Position numbers and translations under genes: made by a program | Part shown: positions 9,480 through 17,766 of the stretch, in pieces | Numbering within the stretch: position 1 is the stretch's first letter | Layout: each line of letters starts with the position of its first letter | NCBI GenBank assembly: GCA_039933775.1 | Contig: JBDTNK010000003.1 | Coordinates: forward strand, 1-63,336 | Reading direction: 5' to 3' | DNA length: 63,336 bases | Source: Chloroflexota bacterium | GTDB taxonomy: Bacteria; Chloroflexota; Limnocylindria; QHBO01 | The notes under the pieces: generated by a model | What the model was told of the DNA's origin: nothing | Database searches by the model: none | What the model saw: the letters and a program-made list of their open reading frames with translations, nothing else

Positions 9480-10514
9480 CTATTCGACCGCGGTCGAGGC
9501 CGCCAGGCGGTCGCCGTACTGCCGGCGGTAGTAGTCCAGGTACTCGCCGCTCTTCAGCGGACGCCACCAGTCGGCGTGATCGCGGTACCAGGCCACCGTC
9601 TCCGCGATCCCGTCGTCGAACGCATGGGCCGGCGTCCAGCCCAGCGCGCGCAGCTTCGAGCAGTCGACCGAGTAGCGCCGGTCGTGCCCCGGCCGGTCCG
9701 GCACGCGGCGCACGAGCGCCAGGTCGCGCCCGGTGAGCTCCAGGATACGGCGCGTCAGGTCGATGTTCGTGAGCTCGTTGCCACCGCCCACGTTGTAGAC
9801 CTCGCCTGGCTCGCCGCGCTCCAGCACGAGCTCGATCGCGTCGCAATGATCATCGACGTACAGCCAGTCGCGGATCTGCAGCCCGTCGCCGTAGAGCGGC
9901 AGCGGCTCACCGTCGAGCGCGTTGGTGACGAAGAGCGGGATCATCTTCTCCGGATACTGGTACGGCCCGTAGTTGTTGCTCGCCCGCGTGATCAGCGCGG
10001 GCAGGCCGTAGGTCGTGGAGTACGCCTGTACGAGCAGGTCGCCGCCCGCCTTGCTGGCCGAGTACGGGCTGCGCGGGCTCAGCGCATCGGTCTCAAGCGA
10101 GGAGCCCAACGGGACGTTGCCGTAGACCTCATCGGTGCTGATCTGGAGGTAGCGCTCGTGTCCATGACGCCGCGCAGCTTCGAGCAGCGTGAACGTACCG
10201 TGGACATCGGTCTGGATGAAGGCGTCCGGTTCCTCGATGCTGCGGTCCACGTGCGACTCCGCGGCGAAGTTGACGATGGCATCGACGCCGGCCGCGACCT
10301 CGTCCACGATCTCGGCGTCGTTGATGTCGCCCAGCACGAACCGATAGCGCAGGTCGTTCGCCACCGGCTCCAGGTTGGCCAGGTTGCCGGCGTAGGTCAG
10401 CTTGTCGAGCACGGTGATGCGCACCTCAGGATGCCGCCGCAGCGTGCGGCGCACGAATGCCGAACCGATGAATCCTGCACCGCCGGTGACGAGCAGTCGC
10501 CCGGGCAGGCTCAC
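9480..10514 (-). CDS. rmlB: dTDP-glucose 4,6-dehydratase
   Basis: LVTGGAGFIGS, DKLTYAGN, NFAAESHVDRSI, ISTDEVYG, SPYSASKA, RDWLYVDDH, DRPGHDRRY. GTGA overlap with rmlA stop. Confidence 0.95.
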   Translation of the reverse strand: MSLPGRLLVTGGAGFIGSAFVRRTLRRHPEVRITVLDKLTYAGNLANLEPVANDLRYRFVLGDINDAEIVDEVAAGVDAIVNFAAESHVDRSIEEPDAFIQTDVHGTFTLLEAARRHGHERYLQISTDEVYGNVPLGSSLETDALSPRSPYSASKAGGDLLVQAYSTTYGLPALITRASNNYGPYQYPEKMIPLFVTNALDGEPLPLYGDGLQIRDWLYVDDHCDAIELVLERGEPGEVYNVGGGNELTNIDLTRRILELTGRDLALVRRVPDRPGHDRRYSVDCSKLRALGWTPAHAFDDGIAETVAWYRDHADWWRPLKSGEYLDYYRRQYGDRLAASTAVE

Positions 10515-11311
10515 GGACGCACTCCCGCCGGATCCACGCGCTCGGCCTCGGTGCTCTCGACCCGCCATGCCGTCGCCTGCGGTGACTCGCCTGGGTGCTG
10601 CGCCGCAAAGGTGCTCGACTCGAGCAGCGCCTCGATGGTGCCGGCGTCCATCCACTCGCCCTCGAAGACCGTGTGCACCAAGCTCCCGAGCCGCAGGTAG
10701 TGATTCAGCAGGTCGGTGATCTCGAACTCCCCGCGCGCCGATGGCTTCAGCGTATGAATGACATCGAAGACCGATGGACGGAAGAAATAGACGCCGATCG
10801 GGATGAGGTCGCTCTTGGGGTGCTCCGGCTTCTCCTCGAAGCCGATGACGCGTCCGTCGGCGTCGAGCTCCGCGACGCCGAAGCGCTCCGGATCGGGCAC
10901 CTGCTTGAGGACCGCGCCGGCCTGTGCCTCCTCCGCCTCGAAGCTCCGCGCGAAGTCGGCCAGCGTGCCGTGCAGGATGTTGTCGCCGAGCACGATCGCG
11001 ATCGGATCGTCGCCCGCGAAATCCTTCGCCAGGCCGATGGCGTGCGCGATCCCCAGCGCGCCGCGCTGATATCGGTACGTAAGGTCGAGCTCGAACTCCG
11101 ACCCGTCGTGCAGCAGCTCCAGGATGTCGCCAACCGAGCGCCCACCGACGACGACCATCACCTCGCGGCAGCCCATCTCCTTGAGCGCGGCGAGCGGGTA
11201 GTAGATCATCGGCCGGTCATAGACCGGCAGCAGGTGCTTGTTGGTGACGAGCGTGAGCGGGAAGAGGCGCGAGCCGGAACCTCCCGCCAGCACGACGCCC
11301 TTCAGTGCCAT
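10511..11311 (-). CDS. rmlA: Glucose-1-phosphate thymidylyltransferase (short form)
   Basis: KGVVLAGGSGSRLFPLT..TNKHLLPVYDRPMIYY, LGDNI, PERFGV, EEKPEHPKS, RGEFEITD, WMDAGT. Confidence 0.93.
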   Translation of the reverse strand: MALKGVVLAGGSGSRLFPLTLVTNKHLLPVYDRPMIYYPLAALKEMGCREVMVVVGGRSVGDILELLHDGSEFELDLTYRYQRGALGIAHAIGLAKDFAGDDPIAIVLGDNILHGTLADFARSFEAEEAQAGAVLKQVPDPERFGVAELDADGRVIGFEEKPEHPKSDLIPIGVYFFRPSVFDVIHTLKPSARGEFEITDLLNHYLRLGSLVHTVFEGEWMDAGTIEALLESSTFAAQHPGESPQATAWRVESTEAERVDPAGVRP

Positions 11312-11411
11312 GGATGCGTGTCCCCGTGCGGCCATCAACGGCCCCATTTCGGCGCCGCTGCTCGTCAAGGATAGCCGGACGCGGTTGCCCGATGCGCCAT
11401 ACTCGATCGAC

Positions 11412-11957
11412 ATGAGCGAGCCACAGGCGAGGCCACCGATCGAGGTCGTGGTCGAGATCCCATCGGGGAGCCGCAACAAGTACGAGTACGACCACGTGCG
11501 TCATCGGTTCGTCCTGGACCGCGTGCTGTACTCGAGCGTCCATTACCCGTGCGACTACGGGTTCATCGAGGGCACCATGGGCGAGGACGGCGATCCGCTC
11601 GACGTGCTGGTCGTGATCAGCGAGCCGACATTCTCCGGCTGCGTGGTGCGTGCGCGGCCAATCGGCGTCCTCGACATGGTGGACGAGAAGGGTCACGACT
11701 TCAAGATCCTGGCAGTCGCCAGCGACGACCCGCGCTGGGACGGGATGAGCTCGCTCGAGGCGATGCGGCCGCATCGGCTGGTGGAGATCGAGAATTTCTT
11801 CCGCACCTACAAGACGCTCGAGAACCGCCAGACGGAAGTGACCGGATGGCTCGGCATGGACGACGCGTGGCGGATCATCGACGAGGCGATCGAGCGTGGC
11901 GCGCAGGTGCGCAGCGGCGAGGCCGCGGCGACCGTCGAGCCCGGCACCTGGCGCTGA
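11412..11957 (+). CDS. ppa: Inorganic pyrophosphatase (family I)
   Basis: EIPSGSRNKYEYD, LDRVLYSSVHYP.DYGFI, DGDPLDVLV, DFKILAV, FFRTYKTLE. Confidence 0.95.
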   Translation: MSEPQARPPIEVVVEIPSGSRNKYEYDHVRHRFVLDRVLYSSVHYPCDYGFIEGTMGEDGDPLDVLVVISEPTFSGCVVRARPIGVLDMVDEKGHDFKILAVASDDPRWDGMSSLEAMRPHRLVEIENFFRTYKTLENRQTEVTGWLGMDDAWRIIDEAIERGAQVRSGEAAATVEPGTWR

Positions 11958-11975
11958 TCCTTTGAGGAGCAGGCG

Positions 11976-13478
11976 CTGACGCGGGGCCCGGGGCTGCTGC
12001 GCGGCCTCTTCTCCGACGCCGCTGTCTACGGCATCGGCGGCGTCGCAAACCAGGCGATCGCGATCCTGCTCGTGCCGCTCTACACGCACGCGCTCGGCAC
12101 CGAGGGCTACGGCGTCCTGGGCATCATCAATCCGACCCTCTCGCTGCTGCTGATGGTCGCGGGTCTCGCCCTGCCTCAGGCCTTCTTCCGCTGGTACCTC
12201 AAGGAGTCGAGTAGCGATCGGGACCGCGCCCGCGTCGTGGCCGCGACGCTCGGACTGCGCCTCGCGGCGTCCGCGCTCGCGTTTGCCGCGTCGCTCCTCA
12301 TCGTCATCCCGCTCGCCACGCTGCTGTTCGATGGCGGCACGCCGAACGCCGGCGACGTGCTGCCAGCGTTCCTGCTCATCGCGCCGATCGTCCTCCTCGA
12401 CTCGATCGCCACCGTCCCGCTCTCGTTCTTCCGTGCCGAGCGCCGGCCGATGAGCTACAGCGCCATCAGCTTCAGCCGCGCCCTCCTCGGCACCGTGCTC
12501 ATCGTCATCGCGGTCGTCGTGCTCCAGCTCGGGGTCACCGGCGTCGTCCTGGGATCCGCCCTCGGTGCCGCGGTGAGCCTTTGGATCGCGATCGAGGCCA
12601 TGCGCCGCGCCGGCGTCCTGCGGGTCGCGTGGAATGCGCCTCTGTCGCGCGCCATGCTCGGCTTCAGCCTCCCGCTCGTGCCGGCCGCCATCGCCGGCTG
12701 GACGCTCAACCTTTCAGACCGATACTTCCTGGTCACCATCGGTCCACCCGCGGAGGGCCTGACGGTGACCGGCACGGTCGGGGTGTACGCGCTGGGATAC
12801 ACGGTTGGGCTCGTGATCAACGCCCTGCTGGTGGCGCCCTTCAGCCTTGCGTGGGGTGCCGCGTACTGGGAAATCGCGAAGCGGCCGGACGCCAAGGTCG
12901 CCTTTCGTCGTGTCCTCAGCGCGTTCGTCGTGATCGCCGCCTTCGTCGCCACCGGCCTCGCGACGCTCGGGACCGATGCCGTGCGCTGGTTCACCGCTCC
13001 GGGCTTCGAGCTGGCGCGTTTTGTCATCCCGTTCAGCGCCTTCGCCTACGTCGGCTACGGGATGTACACGATCCTCACGACCGGGCTGAACCTCGAATCG
13101 GAGACGCGGCGCGTGCCGCTCGTGATCGGGACGGCGGCGGTCGCCAACGTCGTGCTCAACCTTGTCCTGATCCCGCCGCTGGGGTTCATGGGCGCGGCCA
13201 TCGGCACGCTGCTCAGCTATGGCCTGCTAGCCTTGCTCGCCGGAGTGGTGACCCAGCGCGTGTACCCGGTGGCGTGGGACGTGCCGCGCGTCCTCGCGCC
13301 GCTGGCGATCGGCGGAATCCTCTCCGCGGCCGCGCTCCTGGGCCCCGACAATTTGCTGTGGCGGCTCGCCTGCCTCGCGACCTATCTGCCGCTGCTCTTC
13401 GTGTTCCGCGTGACCGATATCGAGGACCTGCGCGGCGTGCTCGCCATGATCCGCCGCCGTGGTGACCTGGCAACATGA
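11976..13478 (+). CDS. wzx: Second Wzx-type flippase, probable CTG start upstream of the predicted 12072 start
   Basis: Open frame from 11958 encodes LLRGLFSDAAVYGIGGVANQAIAILLVPLY (typical flippase TM1). GAGGAG at 11964-11969 lies 6 nt before CTG 11976. NLSDRYFL and NVVLNLVLIPPLGFMGAA motifs. Confidence 0.85.
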   Translation: MTRGPGLLRGLFSDAAVYGIGGVANQAIAILLVPLYTHALGTEGYGVLGIINPTLSLLLMVAGLALPQAFFRWYLKESSSDRDRARVVAATLGLRLAASALAFAASLLIVIPLATLLFDGGTPNAGDVLPAFLLIAPIVLLDSIATVPLSFFRAERRPMSYSAISFSRALLGTVLIVIAVVVLQLGVTGVVLGSALGAAVSLWIAIEAMRRAGVLRVAWNAPLSRAMLGFSLPLVPAAIAGWTLNLSDRYFLVTIGPPAEGLTVTGTVGVYALGYTVGLVINALLVAPFSLAWGAAYWEIAKRPDAKVAFRRVLSAFVVIAAFVATGLATLGTDAVRWFTAPGFELARFVIPFSAFAYVGYGMYTILTTGLNLESETRRVPLVIGTAAVANVVLNLVLIPPLGFMGAAIGTLLSYGLLALLAGVVTQRVYPVAWDVPRVLAPLAIGGILSAAALLGPDNLLWRLACLATYLPLLFVFRVTDIEDLRGVLAMIRRRGDLAT

Positions 13479-14650
13479 AGCGCCCGCATTTCGTGATCGT
13501 GGCGTGGGGCCTTGCGCCTGGCGGCACACTGAGCGTCCTGCGCGAGTGGGTGCCACGCCTCCAGGCCGCCGGGCGCGTCTCGGTCGTGACCCTTGGGCCG
13601 AATCGCGCGTCGCTCGATGTCCCGACGGTCGAGATCGGGCGGCGCTGGAGCCATCCGCTGCGCTTCCCGCAGATCGCTCCGTACATCCTTCGGATGGCGG
13701 TCGCGACTGTGCGCGCGGCGCGGCGCGGCGGTACGCCGATCCTCATGCCACAGGACAGCCTGGCCACCGGGGCGGCCGCGGCGATCGCGGCAAGATTCGT
13801 CGGTGCCAGGCTCGCCGTCATGGAGCACGGCTCGGCGGAGGCAATCGGCACTCGCCGCTTTTGGCGCGAGCGCTACCCACCAGCCGGGAAGCTCGGCGGT
13901 CCGCGCCATCGCCTCCTGCGCGCCATCGTGCGGCGCCTCAACCGCTGGGTCGTACACAGGACCGATGTCGCCCTCATCGCCGGGAACGAGGCGGAAGCGA
14001 CGTACCGAAGCCTCGGCATTGACCCGTCTCGGATTGCCCGCTACCGCTTCGCGGTCGACGTCGACCGATTCCGGCCCGCGACCGCCTCCGAACGCGCCCA
14101 TGCCCGTCAGCACTGGCGCATCGAGGGACCCGGTCCGGTCGTCGTCACGGTCGGGCGCCTGGCCGCCGAAAAGGGCGTCGACGACATCCTGGCGGCGATG
14201 ACGCGCCAACCCGCTGCCACGCTGTTGGTCGCCGGCGAAGGTCCCTTGCGCGAGAGCCTCGAGCGGTCGGCCGGCGAGAACGTCCGCTTCCTCGGCCGGC
14301 TCGAGGCCGACGAGGTCGCGTCACTGCATCGGGCTGCTGACCTGTTCGTGTATGCCGGGCGCCAGGGCGCGAATACGCCGTACGCCGTCCTTGAGGCAAT
14401 GGCCAGCGGTCTGCCAGTGGTCGCCACGACCGCGCCGGAGGTCCATCGGCCCATGCTCGCGGAAGGCCGCGGGATCGCCGTGCCGCCGGACGATGCAGAC
14501 GCCCTAGAGCGCGCCATCGGTAAGCTGCTCACCGATCCCGAGCGTCGGCTCGCGGCGGGCGCCAGGGCGCGCGTCTTCGTGGAAGCCAACCACACGTCCG
14601 AGATGCTGGACCAAGCCGTTGCGGCGTTCGTGGCGCGCATCCTCGGTTAA
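13475..14650 (+). CDS. Glycosyltransferase family 4
   Basis: VGRLAAEKGVD, VAGEGPLRE, FLGRL, LEAMASGLPVVAT. Confidence 0.9.
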   Translation: MKRPHFVIVAWGLAPGGTLSVLREWVPRLQAAGRVSVVTLGPNRASLDVPTVEIGRRWSHPLRFPQIAPYILRMAVATVRAARRGGTPILMPQDSLATGAAAAIAARFVGARLAVMEHGSAEAIGTRRFWRERYPPAGKLGGPRHRLLRAIVRRLNRWVVHRTDVALIAGNEAEATYRSLGIDPSRIARYRFAVDVDRFRPATASERAHARQHWRIEGPGPVVVTVGRLAAEKGVDDILAAMTRQPAATLLVAGEGPLRESLERSAGENVRFLGRLEADEVASLHRAADLFVYAGRQGANTPYAVLEAMASGLPVVATTAPEVHRPMLAEGRGIAVPPDDADALERAIGKLLTDPERRLAAGARARVFVEANHTSEMLDQAVAAFVARILG

Positions 14651-15840
14651 CGCTCGCCGATGCCTCGCGAGACCTCCACGCGGTCATACACATCGAGAAG
14701 TGCGGCGGCCGAGACCGACCAGTTGAAGCGCTCCTTCACGGCACCGCGGCCGCGTTCGCCTGCCTGAGCTCGAAGCACCGGATCGGCGAGGTAGCGTTCG
14801 ATCGCCGCCGCCAGCGCCGGGACGTCGCGAGGATCGACGGTCGTCCCCGCCCCGGTGTCATCGACGACCTCGCGCACCTGCGGGAAGTTGCTCGCGACCA
14901 CAGCCAATCCCGCCTGCATGTACTGAAACAGCTTGTTCGGCAACGAGTAGCGGTAGCTCAGCGAGGTCGGCGGGATTGGCGACACGCCGATCGTGGCCGA
15001 CGCGGCGTAGGCGACCACCTCCTCGGGTGCGACCCGGGGCAGGGCATGGACGCGATCGGTCACACCGTGCTGAAGCGCGCGACGTTGGACCGACTCGCGC
15101 TGCTCAGCCGCGCCGAGCAACACCAGATGACCGTCGGGGACGCGCGCCATCGCCGCGATGAGATGCTCGATGCCCCGCCCGGCCGTGGCATTGCCCAGGT
15201 ACAGCACGATCGGGGCGTCGCGCGGAATCCCATCCGCCCCAGGCAAGGAACGCAGCTCTCGCGGCGTGCCCGGCGGGGCATCCTCGGGGTAATTCGGAAC
15301 GACCGTCACCTGGTCGAGGGCATAGGCGCGCTCGAGATGGCGTGCGATGGGCGGGCTGACCGTGATGCACGCCGCGGCACGGTGGAGATAGCGGCGCTCC
15401 ACGCGCGCAAAATACCATTGGGCGAGCTCCCAGTACAGGTGCGAGCGATCCCGTCGCACCCGCTCGAGCCACAGCTCGTGGGCGTCGTACACGAACGGCA
15501 CACTCAGCCGTCCGGCGCCAATCGCCGCGACATCGAGTGTCTCCGTGTCGCCGGCATGGATGATGTCTGGCTTCAAAGCGCGGAGTGCGGCGAGCATCCG
15601 GCGGCGGTGGCTGAAGAAGCGCAGCACCGGCGGCCATGTTGGCCGCTGAATCCGATGGATTGCGATGCCCGCGCGGACCTCGATCCGGGGCAGATTATCG
15701 TCCGCCAACGCCAAGATCGTTACCCGGTAGCCCGCGTCGCGCAACGAGGCGGCTTCCTTTTCAACCCTCGAGTCGTGCGTATACGGGTTGAGCAGGAGCA
15801 TGACGACGTGCATTCCGCGATGACGCTCGCCGCCATTCAC
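14647..15840 (-). CDS. Glycosyltransferase family 4 (start 15840 or 15813)
   Basis: DSRVEKEAASL, FVYDAHEL, YLGNATAGRGIE, LPNKLFQYMQAGLAVVASNFP. Confidence 0.9.
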   Translation of the reverse strand: MNGGERHRGMHVVMLLLNPYTHDSRVEKEAASLRDAGYRVTILALADDNLPRIEVRAGIAIHRIQRPTWPPVLRFFSHRRRMLAALRALKPDIIHAGDTETLDVAAIGAGRLSVPFVYDAHELWLERVRRDRSHLYWELAQWYFARVERRYLHRAAACITVSPPIARHLERAYALDQVTVVPNYPEDAPPGTPRELRSLPGADGIPRDAPIVLYLGNATAGRGIEHLIAAMARVPDGHLVLLGAAEQRESVQRRALQHGVTDRVHALPRVAPEEVVAYAASATIGVSPIPPTSLSYRYSLPNKLFQYMQAGLAVVASNFPQVREVVDDTGAGTTVDPRDVPALAAAIERYLADPVLRAQAGERGRGAVKERFNWSVSAAALLDVYDRVEVSRGIGER

Positions 15841-15882
15841 GTCAACACGATACCGGCCACACGCCCGACGGTGACATGGCTG

Positions 15883-16821
15883 TCAGCCCGAGGTTCCGGA
15901 CGCAAATCGCTTGGCTTCGCTCTCGGCGATGAGCTTGCGTTCGCGAACGCGCTCACGATAGTTCGAGACGATCTCGGCGGGGCTGCCTTCGGCGACGATG
16001 CTCCCGCGCTCCATGAGGATTGCCCGATTGCAGAACTCGGTGACATACCCCAGATCATGAGTCACCACCACGACGGCCTTAGCCGTCTTGATCAGCTCGC
16101 GAATGCGCGCCTGGCTTTTCGCCCGAAACGTCTGGTCGCCCGTGCCGAGCACTTCGTCGAGCAAGAGGATGTCGGGAACGATCGAGGTCGCGATCGAAAA
16201 CCCGAGCCGCGCCTTCATGCCGGTCGAGTACGTTCGCAACGGCGCGTCGATAAACGGACCGATGTCCGCGAAATCCACGATCTCCGGCGTGACCCGCGCC
16301 ATCTCCTGGTGGGGAATGCCCAGGAAGGCACCCGCAAGGTCGATGTTGTCGCGGCCGGTCAGCTCGCCGTCGAATCCGGCCCCGATCGTGAGCAGCGTCG
16401 AGGTCCCACCGAACATCTCGACCTCGCCCTCGCTCGGAGCCAGGATGCCGGCCAAGGCGAGGAGCAGCGTCGTCTTTCCCGCGCCATTTGGTCCGACGAC
16501 GGCCAGGTTGTCGCCGTGATGAATGTCGAAGTCCAGGTTCCGGATGGCCCAGAAATGGGTCTGCTTCACGTCCTCGCTCCGCCGGACGAGGCCGGCGAGC
16601 GACTGCTTCAGCGTTGTGCGACGCGTCAGTCTCAGGTTGTATCGGATGCCCAGATCCCGGATGCTCACGGCCGACCGCCGGTCAGCGCTACCTCCCTTGT
16701 GGCGGCGCTCCATCTCCTGCTCCCACGCAGAGTCGTCGCGGTCGGCGGCCTCGAGTTCGGCATCGCTCAGCGGCGGCTCTTCGATGCGCGTTTCGTCAGA
16801 CGGTCGCTGCTCCGAGGTCAT
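15883..16821 (-). CDS. wzt: Polysaccharide/teichoic acid ABC exporter ATP-binding subunit (Wzt/TagH)
   Basis: GPNGAGKTT, RTYSTGMKARLGFS, LLLDEVLGTGD.FR.KS. No C-terminal carbohydrate-binding domain. Confidence 0.92.
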   Translation of the reverse strand: MTSEQRPSDETRIEEPPLSDAELEAADRDDSAWEQEMERRHKGGSADRRSAVSIRDLGIRYNLRLTRRTTLKQSLAGLVRRSEDVKQTHFWAIRNLDFDIHHGDNLAVVGPNGAGKTTLLLALAGILAPSEGEVEMFGGTSTLLTIGAGFDGELTGRDNIDLAGAFLGIPHQEMARVTPEIVDFADIGPFIDAPLRTYSTGMKARLGFSIATSIVPDILLLDEVLGTGDQTFRAKSQARIRELIKTAKAVVVVTHDLGYVTEFCNRAILMERGSIVAEGSPAEIVSNYRERVRERKLIAESEAKRFASGTSG

Positions 16822-16822
16822 C

Positions 16823-17698
16823 TCACACGACCTTCGCGAAAGCTGGCTCCATGCGCTTGAACAGCGCCACGGCGACCACGAGGAGGACGAGAGAGAATGC
16901 GAGCGCGATTCCGAGCCCGAAGAATTCAGGCGCGGCATGCGTCCCATCCTGGTTGCCATAGATCACGTTGCGGTACGACTCGAGGATCGGCGCCATCGGA
17001 TTAAGGCCCAGCACGGTACGGAGGAACGGCGAGTCCTGGAGATGATCCTGGAACGACCAGAGGCCCGGCGAGGCGTAGAACCAGAGGCGGAGCACGTGCC
17101 CCAGCAGGTTCTGGACGTCACGGTAGAAGGTGTTGACCGCCGAGAGTGCGATCGCGAGCGCCAGGCTGAAGACGAACTGAACCACGGCGATGACCGGGAT
17201 GAGGAGCAACCATGGGCTGAGGCGATCCAGGAAGAGCACGTACATCAGCGCCAGCGCGATCAGGCTGATGAAGAAGTTCACCGTCCCGGCCACGACGGCA
17301 GCGGCAGGCAGGACGATCTTCGGAAACTGCACCTGTCGAATCAGGCCTTCACGGCCGGTCACCGATCCCGTGCCGCCGCCAAGCGCGATCGTGAACCACT
17401 TCCACGGCAGGATCGCCGCGAACACGAAGAGCGGGTAGTCCGGCGTGCCGCGATTGAAGATGATCTCGACGAGCACGACGTAAATGCCCATCTGCATCAG
17501 CGGGTCGAGGACCCACCAGACCTGGCCCAGGACGGTGTCCGCGTGGGTCCGCTTCAAGTTAGCGACGACCATGTAGCGGATGAGCCGTCGCCGGTTCAGG
17601 AGCTCGAAGAATCCGTCGAGGACGAGGCCGAAAAACGACCGCCGCTGAACCGGAGCGCGCACCGTCGACCGGAGCGCGTCCGAAGGGGGGTTGGTCAT
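16823..17698 (-). CDS. wzm: Polysaccharide/teichoic acid ABC exporter permease (Wzm/TagG)
   Basis: TVLGQVWWVLDPL, AILPWKWF, LIRQVQFP, YRDVQNLL..LRLWFYASP, LNPMAPILESYR. Confidence 0.92.
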   Translation of the reverse strand: MTNPPSDALRSTVRAPVQRRSFFGLVLDGFFELLNRRRLIRYMVVANLKRTHADTVLGQVWWVLDPLMQMGIYVVLVEIIFNRGTPDYPLFVFAAILPWKWFTIALGGGTGSVTGREGLIRQVQFPKIVLPAAAVVAGTVNFFISLIALALMYVLFLDRLSPWLLLIPVIAVVQFVFSLALAIALSAVNTFYRDVQNLLGHVLRLWFYASPGLWSFQDHLQDSPFLRTVLGLNPMAPILESYRNVIYGNQDGTHAAPEFFGLGIALAFSLVLLVVAVALFKRMEPAFAKVV

Positions 17699-17752
17699 GT
17701 CGGACCGTACGGTAGCAGACGCGTATGCACTGTCATGCGCGCGGGCCGACGC

Positions 17753-17758
17753 TAGACT
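17753..17758 (+). promoter_or_regulatory. -10-like TAGACT 8 nt before ATG 17767 (candidate leaderless promoter)
   Basis: TANNNT hexamer with no SD before the ATG. Confidence 0.4.
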
Positions 17759-17766
17759 ACGAACGC

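Noticed and set aside
9453-10700. 415-aa plus-strand ORF
   Set aside because: Antisense shadow of rmlB; no motifs.
15046-16860. 604-aa plus-strand ORF
   Set aside because: Antisense shadow of wzt/GT4, typical of high-GC DNA.
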